A stretch of 64,000 nucleotides of DNA from Octopus sinensis (lineage: Eukaryota). Positions 1 to 13,464 of the stretch are shown piece by piece; the stretch's first letter is position 1; every line of letters begins with the position of its first letter. Both the position numbers and the translations under genes were made by a program. The notes beneath the pieces were generated by a model. The model did not search any database. It worked only from the letters and a program-made list of their open reading frames with translations, and had not been told where the DNA came from. The DNA lies in NCBI RefSeq assembly GCF_006345805.1, contig NC_043004.1, positions 14,632,001 through 14,696,000 of the forward strand, written 5' to 3'.

Positions 1-558
1 GTGCCTTTTATGTTTTATTGAAATGGGTAATCACTTCTGTGTTGCCGACTGTAGTTGATTTCTCCAAGTGTTGTAGGCAATTTTCTTTTACGTGGACGTG
101 TTTCACGGGAGAGGGCTCGACATATATTTGTAATAAGTTGTAATATTTCTTTACCTTATTCTTATTGGTGAGGTTGTTATTTGAGTGTAAATTAACAACC
201 TTTCTATAATGATTTGTTTGTTAATGGAAAGTTTGAGGGAAATCTTGCTACGAGTGGGATTGTATCCTTTCACATCTGCATATATTTGCAACGTAAACTT
301 TCCCAACACATAAATTTGTTGAATGAAGGAGGAACTGATGGTGATTTGGAATTCTCCTCGAAGACACATTCACCAGAAGCACATTACTACAAGAGCTAAA
401 CAAAACTTTTAATAAAATCTAAAATTCGAAATAACGTCAAAACCGTTAACATTAAATGATTGGTGTTACCCATTTAGAAATGAAAAGGAAGAACTACAAT
501 GCATTTATATAAATGTTATTTACACATTATATAAATGTTATTTATATATATTTTTCGA

Positions 559-569
559 TGTTGTTGTTG

Positions 570-628
<59 letters not shown>

Positions 629-636
629 GTTGTTAT
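559..636. repeat. (TTG)n/(TTA)n microsatellite, target site of R4/Dong copy A
   Basis: Read directly from the sequence. Confidence 0.95.
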
Positions 637-2360
637 GTTTTTTCCTTCTTTCTTCAAATTTTCTTCCGTTTCTCGCCGAGTGTTTTTCATACACCTAGGG
701 CAAAGAAGCTCATTGTATGCATTCCCAGATTACACACGCAAATTCACAGATAAAATATGTATTTAAAAATTAATAAATAAATAAATAAATTTATGGATGG
801 ATGTTGTTTTCACAGCGATTATGCTCTTCTCAGTACATGAGCCGTTCCAGTTAATACGATTTTTTGCACTTCCTGTAGGGATGGTAAGTCTGCATTATTT
901 TCAAATAGGTTTCAGTACCTTTTTTTATCATTCCTAGAGATCCTACAATCACTGGTACTGTAGTCGCCTTGAGATGCAACATTTTTTTCAATTTATACTA
1001 GCAGGTCTTTATATTTACTAATCTTGTCAAATTCTTTCGCCGCTATATTGTGATCGCAAGGAATACTCATGTCAATTAATAAACACATCTTTTTTGTCTG
1101 ATCTTTTATAATAATATCCGGTTTATTAGCTTTATAGTCTTGTCGGTCTGTACGGGAAAGTCCCATAGAATCGACACATTTTCTCCCTCAGTCACAGCTT
1201 CAGGATGGTGTTTATACCATTTGTCAGCGGTTTTGATTTTATAATACCGACATATTGTCCAATGTAAATACTGGCCGACTCTGTCATGTCTTGCTTTATA
1301 TTGTGCAGGTGCTAAGACTCTACACCTTGAGATTAGGTGTTCTATTGTTTCAATCTTATCGTTACAGAATCGGCATTTCGGGTCAGCTCCATTTTTTATC
1401 ACATTGGCTTGGTAGTTACGAGTCAATAAGCTTTGGTCTTGAGCAGCTAATATGAAACCTTCATTCTCTACTTTTAACCCCGAGCTTCGTAACCATTGGT
1501 GCGTGTGTTTCTGGTCGACATCAGCTTGTTTGCTACGGGCCACTTCCCATCTGCTAGCTAAATTTCCATGTGCTTTTGTCTTTGCAATTAATTTTCTTTT
1601 CTTTGCAGCTGCAGTTGGCGCTTTTCCTTCAGCCTGATCAATCTGGTGGATATCTAAGAGATCAGCAGCGAATTTTTTGCTCCCTTTGAGAATAGAGTGA
1701 AGTTTTTACGGTCTTTCATGTTTTTCAACAAGATTTGGCATCCAATTGTTGGTTGCTTCAAAGTATTTGGCCAGTCCGATTGTGGTGGTTTTGTATGTAA
1801 GTTCAAGTTGGATCAAACCTCGACCTCCCTGAGCTCTGGGAAGGTAAAGGTGATCCACGTCTGCCTTTGGATGGTGCATCTTATTACAAGTCAGTAGCTT
1901 ACGGATTTTTCTGTCAATTTTCATTATTTCACTGGTATTCAAGTTAATCACATTGAAGCTATAAAGAACAACTGGTACTGCTAAGCAATTTATGGCTAAC
2001 ACATTATTGTATGCATTCAGCTCAAACTTCAGGACTGCTCGAACTCTTCTATAACATTCCTTCCTAACCTTCTCTTTCATGCTTGCTTGCTGGATACCAG
2101 AGCCTTCATTTATTCCTAGGTATTTATAGGTTTGTTCCTGCTCAAGTTCATTTATTACTGTTTCGACATCTAATTCGATTGAACTAGACTTTACTAATTT
2201 CCCTTTCTTAAAAGTGGCTTTGGCACACTTTTCAAAGCCAAACTCCATCCTGATATCATCACTGAATCCTTTCACGGTATTTAATAATCCTTCAAGCTCT
2301 TCATCATTTTTGCCATATAGCTTTAAATCATCCATATAAAATAGATGGCTTATTTCTCTG

Positions 2361-2362
<2 letters not shown>
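637..2362 (-). mobile_element. 5'-truncated, frameshifted R4/Dong-clade non-LTR retrotransposon (copy A): RT C-terminus, CCHC knuckle, RLE endonuclease, 3' UTR
   Basis: YMDDLKLYG RT motif (ORF 2335-1706), AAQDQSL motif, CRFCNDKIETIEHLISRC zinc knuckle, PDIIIKD...LIDMSIP...K..KYKDL restriction-like endonuclease. Both sides are flanked by TAA repeats, the known Dong target. Confidence 0.93.

Positions 2363-2397
<35 letters not shown>
2363..2397. repeat. (TTA)n microsatellite between two R4/Dong copies
   Basis: Read directly from the sequence. Confidence 0.95.
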
Positions 2398-2400
<3 letters not shown>

Positions 2401-4062
2401 TAGTTTTATTTTTATAGCGTGCTTTCACCTCACTACCGAGCACAGCTCTGTGTGCCTTGGGTATGTGCTGTGATTTGTTGTGATGCTCTGATGGTTATTG
2501 TATGGAAAGTGTTCTGCGTAGGATGTGTGCAGTGCCTAGTAGTGCAATTTTCTGTATGTTATATGTGTTTGTAAGTCTTGGTGTTTTTGTTATGTATTTG
2601 TCTGAATATTTTTTATCATGCCTAATGCACCTACTATGATAGGAATTGTTTCTGTTTTCAGATTCCACATTCTAGTTACCTCTATTTCCAGGTCTTTGTA
2701 TTTTGAGAGTTTCTCCATTTCTTTTAGAGACACGTTGTCATCAGCCGGTATTGATACATCAATTAGAAAGCATTTTTTTTCTTCATGATCTCTGACAACT
2801 ATATCTGGTCTGTTGGCCTTAATTTCTCTATGTGTGTATCGGCATATCCCAGAGTATGGTTGCTTTCTCGTTTTCTGTGACCTTTTCTGGTACGTGCCTA
2901 TACCATCTTTTTTCTGTTGTTATTCCATAATGTTGGCATAGCTTCCAATGTATGTAGGTTCCAACTCTGTCATGTCTGTGAATATATTCCTTCTTAGCCA
3001 GGACTGGGCAGCTAGAGATAATATGATTTATTGTTTCTTGTCCATCTCCACATATTCTGCAGTTACTTGTAATATTTCTTTTCATTACATGTTTTTGGTA
3101 ATTTCTGGTGGGGAGGCTTTGGTCTTGTGCTGCAATTAAAAATCCCTCTATTTCTGCTTTGAGTCCTGAGCTTCTCAACCATTGCTAGGATTTTTCTTTG
3201 TCTATTTCTTTTGCGTTTAGTTAGTCCAGTATTTACCATGAAGGGGCTTTTCTTGCCATCGTTTTATCATGGTTCGTTGCTGTTCTATTTTTAGTTTGGA
3301 TTTCATTTGTTTTATAGCTTTTGTTGTTTCTTCATCTTCTTCTTCTTCATGTTTATTAGGTGGTATGATTTCTTGTTTGTATTTGTCAGCTTCCTTAAAT
3401 ACTGAGAACAGTTTTTTGTTTTGCTCGTGTTTTGCCGCTATCTGGATCAGTTTTCCTTCCTTCTGAAGTAGATATTTTTGCAGTCCTATGGTGGTTATTT
3501 TATAGTAGTTTTCCTGCTGTATAAGGCCTCTACCACCTTCTATACGTTGTATATATAGTCTTTCTATGTCAGATTTTGGGTGATGCATCCTAGATCCTGT
3601 CATTATTTTTCTTGTTTTCCTATCTATTTTGGTCAGTTCATTTCGTGTCCAGTTAAGGATATTGTAGCTGTAACTTATAACTGGGACAGCTGAAGTGTTG
3701 ATACCTATTATCTTGTTTTTAGCATTGAGCTCTGTGTTTAGTATTGATCTAACTCGTCTATAATATTCTTTTTTTTATTTTCTCTTTCATTTGTGTCTGT
3801 TGTGTCTTATCTAGTTCATGGATTCCTAAGTATTTGTAAGTTTGGCTTTGGTCTAATTCTTTTATTTCATTGGTTTTATCTAGTGTGATGTTGTTACTCT
3901 TAACTAGTTTTCCTCTTTTCAGGGTTACTTTGGCGCATTTTTCTAATCCAAATTTCATATCTATTTCTTTGGTAAATCCATGAACTGTCTTTAATAGTGT
4001 TTCCAGCTGTTTGTCATTTGCAGCGTATAGTTTTAGGTCATCCATAATTTTAGGTCATCCAT
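2398..4062 (-). mobile_element. 5'-truncated R4/Dong-clade non-LTR retrotransposon (copy B, a different subfamily from A)
   Basis: MDDLKLYA (4045), GGRGL, AAQDQSL, CRICGDGQETINHIISSC, NRPDIVVRD...LIDVSIP...KLSKYKDLEIE...IALLGTAHILRRTL*. A few stops and frameshifts; TAA repeats on both flanks. Confidence 0.93.
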
Positions 4063-4089
4063 TATTATTATTATTATTATTATTATTAA

Positions 4090-4129
<40 letters not shown>

Positions 4130-4182
4130 GATATTATTATTATTATTATTGATGTTATTATATTATTATTATTATTATATTA

Positions 4183-4225
<43 letters not shown>
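4063..4225. repeat. Imperfect (TTA)n microsatellite
   Basis: Read directly from the sequence. Confidence 0.95.
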
Positions 4226-4289
4226 GAGGTCACTGTCTTGAAGCGAATCTTGGGGTTAGTAACCCCGCTCTTAACCACTACGCTACGGG
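4226..4289 (-). pseudogene. Degenerate tRNA-derived sequence, left half of the palindromic element
   Basis: Minus strand reads TAGCGTAGTGGTTAAGAGCGGGGTTACTAACCCCAAGATTCG...CAGTGACCTC then (AAT)n. A box is present; B box is partly deleted. Confidence 0.6.
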
Positions 4290-4512
4290 CATATGGTGTA
4301 GTGGTAAGGTGGCGAGCTGGCAGAAACGTTAGCACGCCGGGCGAAATGCTTAGCGGTATTTCGTCTGAGTTACGTTGTGAGTTCAAATTCCGCCGAGGTC
4401 GACTTTGCCTTTCATCCCTCTGTGTTTAGCACCTTGTGGGTAATAAAGAAATAGGTTAAGAACGCGGGCTAATAACTCCATAATCCCGGGTTCGATTCCA
4501 GGCATTGTCCTG
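4287..4512 (+). pseudogene. Degenerate tRNA-derived sequence, right half of the palindromic element, interrupted by a SINE
   Basis: GGGCATATGGTGTAGTGGT[insert]TAAGAACGCGGGCTAATAACTCC...GGTTCGATTCCAGGCATTGTCCTG then (AAT)n. Both A and B boxes are visible. Confidence 0.65.
4308..4455 (+). mobile_element. tRNA-SINE family M (Meta/MESC-like core), internally deleted
   Basis: Head GGTGGCGAGCTGGCAGAAACGTTAGCACGCCGGGCG, B box GAGTTCAAATTCC, core GTCGACTTTGCCTTTCATCC. Approximate target-site duplication GGT(T)AAG. Confidence 0.85.
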
Positions 4513-4524
4513 AATAATAATAAT

Positions 4525-4568
<44 letters not shown>

Positions 4569-5227
4569 CAACAACATCGAAAAATGTAAACACTGATAAA
4601 CACTCAGATCTTTTTCTAGTATCTAAATGCATTTTTAACGATAGTGTCAAATAATCCGAAGGTGCCACTCACGTAACTTCGTTCATGGTATTATCCGACA
4701 ATTTAGATTAAAAACCTTACCTGAAATTTTGTGACAAATTTACACAACTTAAATCATCCAAAAGCCAAGTGATCTTAAACCATTTTAAGGAATAATAATT
4801 ACATCGATGCGCTATTAAATGGTTTACATCCACTAAAATTCGTTCACCAGGTTTTGGTGAGCGAAGTAGATGCATTTTCAAGTAGAGGCATTTTCCTAGA
4901 ATCGGATGTTTCGAATATAAATCACACAAGCAGAAAACGTTTTCGAGGAGAATACGAACAGTCAAGTTTCCATTTCAATAGAAGTATGCAAATATGGTCA
5001 TATCAAAACAGAAGTAGGCCAAAGCGGAAATAGATCTAAAGCCCTCTACTTTGGATGCACTCCATCATAAGGAACTGCTCGCACATAACAACTGTTGCAC
5101 TGTGGCTGGTTATGCTTCTGTCTACATAAATGAGACAGTTCAATAATGAAGCAGGAAAAGACTTGATTAAAACAACGATTTTGGTTTTAAATAATCAAGT
5201 CCACATTTTACAAACAATTTCAAAATA

Positions 5228-5394
5228 GGTGCAGGCATGGCTGTATGTTGAGAAGCTTGCTTCCCAACTATATAATTCTGGGTTAAGTCTAACTGCATGG
5301 TACCTTTTGCTATAGCCACGGCCGACTAAAGCCTTCTAGGTGGATTTGATAGATGTAAACTGAAAGAAACCCGTCGCATATATATATATAATAT

Positions 5395-5445
<51 letters not shown>

Positions 5446-5870
5446 TTATATATACATATGTGTATATATATATAAATATACATATGTATATATACGTATG
5501 TATGTATATATATATATAACGGGAAGCTTTATGAAAATAAACAAAAGACGAAGGCAGGTGGAAAACAAACGAACAATTGTATTAGTATGGCGCTCAGGAA
5601 ATATAAATAAAATAAGTCTTTAACGTTTCGAGCATATATATGTATACACACACATATTTGTTTTTATATATCAATGTGTGTTTGTTTGTGTCTATTTCTT
5701 GTCACTCACCAGCGCTTGAAAACCGGTGTTGATGTGTTTACGCCCCGTTATATAGAGGTTCGCCAAGAATGAAATCGATAATATAAATACTAGGCTTCAA
5801 AAATAAAAATCCTATGGTCGATTAAAACAATTCAGCATTGCAGTAGTGAAATGATTGTAACAAGTAAAAA
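5228..5870 (+). mobile_element. tRNA-SINE family C (CORE-like, with an internal (TA)n/(TG)n tract), degraded, with a nested mini-element
   Basis: Matches the other family C copies (GGCGCAGGAGTGGCTGTGTGGTAAG...GAAACTGAAAGAAGCCCGTCG-microsatellite-...GAAACAAGTAAAAGA). Confidence 0.8.
5518..5633 (-). mobile_element. Penelope-like mini-element fragment in (TA)n, truncated inside its hammerhead-like motif
   Basis: Minus strand starts GCTCGAAACGTTAAAGACTT. Homologous to 41108-41283. Confidence 0.55.
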
Positions 5871-6137
5871 AAAAAGATAAAACGATAAGTCTAAATATAA
5901 GTGAACCAAAGGTGAGCGCGAGCGCGATTAAAAACGGGGGAAAGAAAGTCAACGTGATTCCTCCAGCTACGTTAAATAGAACCCACATCTATTCACATCA
6001 CATTTCAATGCCTTGCGAAATGAGACATAATGAACAATGTATTTGTAAGACACACAAGGGATAGAAAGGCCAGTGTTGAAATATCTGTAAACACAAATGG
6101 TCAAACAGGGATGATCTGCAAATAATTAGTAATCACA

Positions 6138-6550
6138 AACACCACCAACACCACCACCAACACCACCACTACAACCAACACTATAGCACCACCACTACCA
6201 CTAGCACCACCACCACCAACACCACCAACACCCCCACCCCCACCATTACCACCACCATGAACACCACCACCAGCACCACCACTACCACACAACAACCACT
6301 ACCACTACAACAACCACTACCAGCACCACCACCAACACCACCAACACCATTACCACTAGCCCCACCAGGAACACCACCTACAGCACCACCACTACCACTA
6401 CAACCACCACGATTACCACCAGCACCAACACCACCAACACCACCACCACTACATCCACCACGAGCACCACCACAACCACCAACACCAATACCACGACCAC
6501 CACCAGCAGCAGCAGCACCACCACCACCACCACCATCACCACAACTACAA
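6138..6550. repeat. Degenerate (CCA)n trinucleotide repeat
   Basis: CCA/CTA/GCA/ACA triplet array; the Pro-, Gly- and Val-rich ORFs are by-products. Confidence 0.9.
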
Positions 6551-7089
6551 AATTGGCAAGACGCTGGAAAATTTGCAGTATTTGCAAAAAACCTTGATGC
6601 ATTCAAAATTATCCTTCGCTAGAGATCGATGTTTGCATTATACATATCAGCTAGCGATCATGTTGTCGCTTATATAGATTATACATAGAATCAGAGCCGG
6701 CTACATGCAAACCACACATCTGTTCTGTCAAGCCTGAGCTGACTCTGAAAAGCAATAACATAAAATATTGTATTTTGTAATTATCAGTGTGTCAGTATAT
6801 GTATAGGTGTCCGATTAAGTGTGTAAAATATTCAAATGACAAAATACAGTAATTTATTTGAAAATTTTATTTCATCGTTTTTTTTTCTTACCAAATATGT
6901 TATTTCGTACAACCAAACTGGTATGCTTCAAATTCTGGATAGTTATATTAAAACTCTGAGATTTCAATGTAAACATGAGGAATGATTTCCTGAATATATA
7001 AACAACTGATCTTAATCAGCTTCGTTTTTTTTAATCGTCATTTAATGGTATAGCCCAATGTTTATAAACTTAATACATATATAAGGGTA

Positions 7090-7178
7090 TATGTTACATA
7101 CAAACATACATACGTACATACATATGTCTATATATATACATAAATATGTATATATCTATACATACATACTTACATATA

Positions 7179-7209
<31 letters not shown>

Positions 7210-7218
7210 CATATGTAT

Positions 7219-7287
<69 letters not shown>

Positions 7288-7347
7288 GTATAAACATATA
7301 CATATATGTATAAATATATATATATTAATGTATATATACATATGTAT

Positions 7348-7411
<64 letters not shown>

Positions 7412-7649
7412 TATGTATATATATATGTGTGTATATATATATATATATATAATATATATATATATATATGAATATATACATACAGGCATATATATGTATA
7501 TATAGACATATGTATGTGTGTATATGAATATAACTGTTTTATACATGCAAGTTTACGTCTATATTCATATAAATATACAACGTTTCTGATTAGCATTATG
7601 TACATATGTATGAACAATATATGTATATATGTATGTACGTCTATATATG

Positions 7650-7715
<66 letters not shown>

Positions 7716-8160
7716 ATATGTATATAATATATATATATATATATACATATGTCTATATATATATGTATATGCATATGTAACTCAAGTGCAGTTACAAAAA
7801 TTATGAGCGTGAAATGATGTATATTAAAATAATTACCAACAAAATACATATATATATAAAGGATATTAACTGAATGAATATATGTGCATGCACCCACATA
7901 CGCAGACACACACACGCAGACACACACATAGACACACATATATATATGCATATGTATATGTAGCTATTCGTGTTTGTGCATGCCTGAGTGCCAGCATATG
8001 CAAGAATTAGTTTTAACACACATACACTTAGATATGCACAGACACAATCACACTGACGCCTATAAATATATATATATATATGTAAGTATATACATATACA
8101 CACATATATGTATATATATACATACATATTGATATATATATATATGTATATATGTATATA

Positions 8161-8194
<34 letters not shown>

Positions 8195-8237
8195 CATATA
8201 TGCATATATATGTATATATGTATATATATGTATTATG

Positions 8238-8268
<31 letters not shown>

Positions 8269-8723
8269 ATAATATACAAATACAAATCTCTTGAATGCAT
8301 ATTGTTTTAATATTAAAATACAAAATGACATATGCGCATAAAGTTCCCAAGATGTTCAGACCATGAAATTACGTAATCCAATTATGTGCTTCAATTGTTG
8401 TTTATTGGAATAATAAATGAATTCTTCATTTCGACTGTTTAAATACTTCATAAATCGATAGATACAATGCAATAAATTCTTTCGTTTCTGTAATAGCTTA
8501 ACACAAATATGCGATCATATTTTCTCTGTCTTATAGCTTGCACTTACATGTATCTGTTTATCAGTAGCACACTGCATGTGTTTGAAAGAATTAGGAGCCA
8601 TGTTTGGAAACGATATTTCTCTGTGATTTTCAAATTATATATCACTAAACAATTGCGTAATCTAACGCGTCAGAAATATATATTGAAACTTTTCATTGCG
8701 TATGTGTATTAGGTATATATATA

Positions 8724-8778
<55 letters not shown>

Positions 8779-8783
8779 GTATA

Positions 8784-8826
<43 letters not shown>

Positions 8827-9844
8827 AAATACACGCATATGTGTCTGTAGATATATATGTTTGCAGATATATATATACATATATATTTATCTGTGTATAT
8901 ATGTATATATATATATATATATACACATCAATTTTCACGTATGTACACCTTTATTTATATATTTGTACGGCTGTGTTTTTAGTTTTTGTGTACAAATGCG
9001 CGTGTCTGTTTGTGTGAGTGAGGCGATAATCTATAAATACATAGATATATAATGATTTTGTGTGTATTATATATGTGGTAATACATCTGTATCCCTTAAA
9101 ACGCTGTTCGTCAGATTTTCGCGATAGGGATATATGACTATAAAATTAACACTTAATATTATGTATGCCGATCTAATTAAGTTTATTTTTAATTTTTACT
9201 CGAGTTGAAAGCATTTCTGCATTGTGTCAAGTTTATGTAAAAATTACCCCCATATCAACACAGAGACTTACTTTGAATATTACATTGATACAGAAAAATT
9301 CCTGTGAGAAGCAAAAGGGAGTTTTATCTCCAAGAACTTCTCTCGTGAGGCAAGTAAGCCAACGTATCATAATAGCACTGGAAGTGATACACTTACTGCT
9401 AAAACTATTGCTTTTTGGCATATGAAGAAGTAAGCAGTAGAGATAATATAAAAGGAATATTTCCTCCGCTTGTAGGACACACACACACACAAAAAAACAT
9501 TTGCAGCAATTCAGTCATAGTGGAATAAACTTTACATGAATCTGCTTTGCAACAGAATTTAAACTATGCATCATATATACATGATGCATAGATATTATGT
9601 ACATACATAATATCTATGTATATATATTATAATTAATATTGTATCTATATTATCTATATATCTATATTAGATGCGTGTACATGTGTGCCTACGCTTATGC
9701 ATGTATAAGTATGTGCATGTAATGTATGTATATACACACATATACATATATATATATATGCATATATATATACGTACGTATAACTATAGATATATTTTAT
9801 ATATGTATACACAAATATATACATACATACACACACACACATAT

Positions 9845-9902
<58 letters not shown>

Positions 9903-10500
9903 AACATATGTATGTATATATATGAATGTGTGTGTGTGTTGACTAGAATTATAATGTATTTGTCGTATTTTCATCCCTGAATTTAGAGCTCTATATGATA
10001 TAGTTTTCTTCGAAAAAAATTTAAATTCCTGATGCACTTTTTAATCAAGTGTTTCTTTATAATAACTAATATACAAAACAAAAAATAACTACTCCCTTCT
10101 ACTGTGGAAAGGATAGAAAACAGCAAATGAATTTTCTTCTATACAACAGCTGTAGTTTAGGATCATTATTATGTTTTAGAGATTAATTGAAGAACATTTG
10201 GAAACAGTATATCTAGGTCTTCGGAAAATATTATGGTTTATAAACATAATGAGTGGGCAGAGGTTGAAAGTTAACGATCACATGTGTAATTCAGTTACAA
10301 ATATAAAATGCACAAGGACTGTATAATAATTTTGTGTGTATATTATATATAGCATATATATGTGTATATTTGCGTATATTTTTGTGTATGTGTTATATAA
10401 CTGTATATTCAATATTCAAGTGTATTATATGAATATATATGCATATTTACATATAAATACGCATATATATATTATATATATATATATATGTGTGTGTACG

Positions 10501-10531
<31 letters not shown>

Positions 10532-11016
10532 TATATATATTATATATATATATATATATATATTATACATATACATATATATAATATATAACATATATAT
10601 ATATTGGGAAATATGTTTGAGTGGTTGGCGTTGTATCAGTTAAGTCTTGTTCCTGAATCACGTGTTCAATAAGTGATTTAATTCTATTATCTGAAACAAA
10701 AGTCGTTCGTTACGTTTTATTTCAATCTTATAAAAATTATTACCACACTCTGTAACCATAGAATCTTCGTCTTTTTTTCTGAATCTATTTTAACATAGGT
10801 CGCATGTATTACAGTTGGTTAAAGCAACCCAGTTTATTTCTTCTTTACGATACTCGTTAATCATACATCAATTAAACAATGTTTTCAGTTAGAGTACAGT
10901 CGATTTTATGGTTACTGAATAATATATCCTAATGCATATAAGTATATACATACATACTTATATACAAACATACACATATACATGCATTCATACATATACA
11001 TACATACACACACATG

Positions 11017-11049
<33 letters not shown>

Positions 11050-11059
11050 GTGTGTGTAC

Positions 11060-11111
<52 letters not shown>

Positions 11112-11166
11112 ATACATATACATATATATATACATATACATATATATATATACATATACATATATA

Positions 11167-11242
<76 letters not shown>
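7090..11242. repeat. Field of compound (TA)n/(CA)n/(TATG)n microsatellites interspersed with unique DNA
   Basis: Read directly from the sequence; source of the YI-repeat ORFs. Confidence 0.9.
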
Positions 11243-11339
11243 CCACTTAAGACTCCTTGGAATATATGAGCGCGCAACAACCTGATGAACAAATAAAATG
11301 GTCGCGAATATAACCATTACATGAACAAGACAATATTAT

Positions 11340-12175
11340 TTTCAATTTATAATTATTTCATCCAATTCCATATTTTTAGTTAGATTTGATTATTTATATA
11401 AATACTTTTCGACTTTAATTGTTGATTATTGTTCCTTTACTGTTCTCAGGGATGTGACGGTACACTTACAATTATTGCCCATAATTCAAAGACATAAGTA
11501 AGTACACCATTGTAAATTTTCATGTTGTGTGTTGGCATTGAATGAATAGTTATATTTTTATTTAAGATTTAATTATACACGGTGGTATCTACTTGAATAT
11601 CCTCTTTTTTCACAACTTCGACTAAATTTACAAATGATGGGTAGTTCTGGAAGGTATGTGGAACGAATGTAATTAATAACCTCATCAAATAAAATTTGGT
11701 CAGATGTTACCGAGGATATACAGAATACTTCCTCGAATGTTGTTGAATGTATTATTTTCCATTGAATATTATAACTGTTATCCGAATCCTCCTTTCCAAT
11801 ATTCGATGATTAATTTCTTTAATACCAACACTTCACGATCATTGCGATGTTTCTAGATAAATGTTCAATTTTATAAACAATTGTATAGCTTTGTTGGTCA
11901 GCCAAAAAATATATTCCATATTTTTGTGCTTTTCCAACATATTAAAATCCTTTCATTTCTATTTAGTGATTATCTTATATTGCACACAATAAATGGAATA
12001 TTTAATTTACAAGACCATATTGTCTCACCAGGTTTCTTTACATAATCATCTAATATTCTATTTTATAGAATTGATGATTTCATTTCAGCATAATCATGTG
12101 GTTTTTCATGCAGCATTTTATAAAAAACGTATTCTTCCAGATACATTGGGGATAATCTTACGCTTTCTTACGTAA
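11340..12175 (-). pseudogene. Decayed coding-like block of unknown origin
   Basis: Stop- and frameshift-broken peptides such as RLSPMYLEEYVFYKMLHEKPHDYAEMK, IQWKIIHSTTFEEVFCISSVTSDQILFDEVINYIRSTYLPELP and FVNLVEVVKKEDIQVDTTVYN. No family recognised. Confidence 0.3.
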
Positions 12176-12299
12176 ATTATTCTACATTACAATAAGTTTC
12201 TTTTATTTATATAGTGTATGATTTGCCGCACAAAACAACAGTTGGATACAGCATACATATATACATAATATACGTATACACACACACACACACATATAT

Positions 12300-12307
12300 A
12301 TATATAT

Positions 12308-12338
<31 letters not shown>

Positions 12339-12357
12339 ACATGTATATGTATATATC

Positions 12358-12391
<34 letters not shown>

Positions 12392-12749
12392 TTGTGTGTA
12401 TATATATGTATGTATATACTTATACAGAAATATATGCATATATTTTATATGTAAGCATTCACACACAGATATATATAATCTTACATGTTTGTATGTGTGT
12501 GTGAGTGTGTATGGATGTATATTTGTATAGATGTAAGTGATTACGTATGTTAATGTTGTAGTTATTTCAGAAAAAATAGCTCTTCAATGGAAAATCTTGT
12601 AGTAAAAACAAAACATCGGAAGATTTAACTTTGAAAAGCTTCTAATAGCCTGTCTTTAGCAGCAGAGCCTTGTTTATGTGTGTATTTATTAATTTCTTTA
12701 TTTTTTTTTAGAAGAAATCCTTTAATGATTGATTGATATCATAATCATT

Positions 12750-12785
<36 letters not shown>

Positions 12786-12972
12786 TATTCGTTAGCATAT
12801 AACGTAATCCACTTTCTTCCTCATAATGATAACAATAATAACACTAATAAAAATATTTCACAATGTGTACACTGATTTTAAATGCATATATCTATATATA
12901 TGTTTGTATATATGTATATATATAGAATATACATACATATATATATGTATATGCATTTGTGTGTATCAATAT

Positions 12973-13028
<56 letters not shown>

Positions 13029-13034
13029 TATATC

Positions 13035-13070
<36 letters not shown>

Positions 13071-13430
13071 TTGTGTGTATATATGTATGTATATACTTAT
13101 ACAGAAATATATGCATATATTTTATATGTAAGCATTCACACACAGATATATATAATCTTACATGTTTGTATGTGTGTGTGAGTGTGTATGGATGTATATT
13201 TGTATAGATGTAAGTGATTACGTATGTTAATGTTGTAGTTATTTCAGAAAAAATAGCTCTTCAATGGAAAATCTTGTAGTAAAAACAAAACATCGGAAGA
13301 TTTAACTTTGAAAAGCTTCTAATAGCCTGTCTTTAGCAGCAGAGCCTTGTTTATGTGTGTATTTATTAATTTCTTATTTTTTTTAGAAAGAAATCCTTTA
13401 ATGATTGATTGATATCATAATCATTATCAT

Positions 13431-13464
<34 letters not shown>

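Larger units (their letters stand above)
550..4585. mobile_element. Palindromic (fold-back) twin-tRNA element with (TTG)n(TTA)n arms, now carrying nested LINE and SINE insertions
   Basis: The left end ATTTTTCGATG(TTG)n(TTA)n at 550 is the exact reverse complement of the right end (AAT)n(AAC)nATCGAAAAAT ending at 4585. The centre (4226-4512) is two head-to-head tRNA-like halves. Confidence 0.65.

Noticed and set aside
1-400. Short ORFs with a faint resemblance to Penelope RT/linker sequence
   Set aside because: No diagnostic motif in any frame, and the region is cut by the window edge.
4717-4965. 82-aa ORF ending at a CAG|GTAAGG donor
   Set aside because: No recognisable domain, no convincing acceptor and no partner exon.
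6181-6622. Pro-rich (formin/extensin-like) and Gly-rich ORFs
   Set aside because: A degenerate CCA triplet repeat that is open in several frames on both strands, with no splice context.
10650-10705. CTGAATCA...GAAACAAAAGTC hammerhead-like remnant between TA tracts
   Set aside because: Core and stems are too degenerate to call; noted only as weak support for the family finding.
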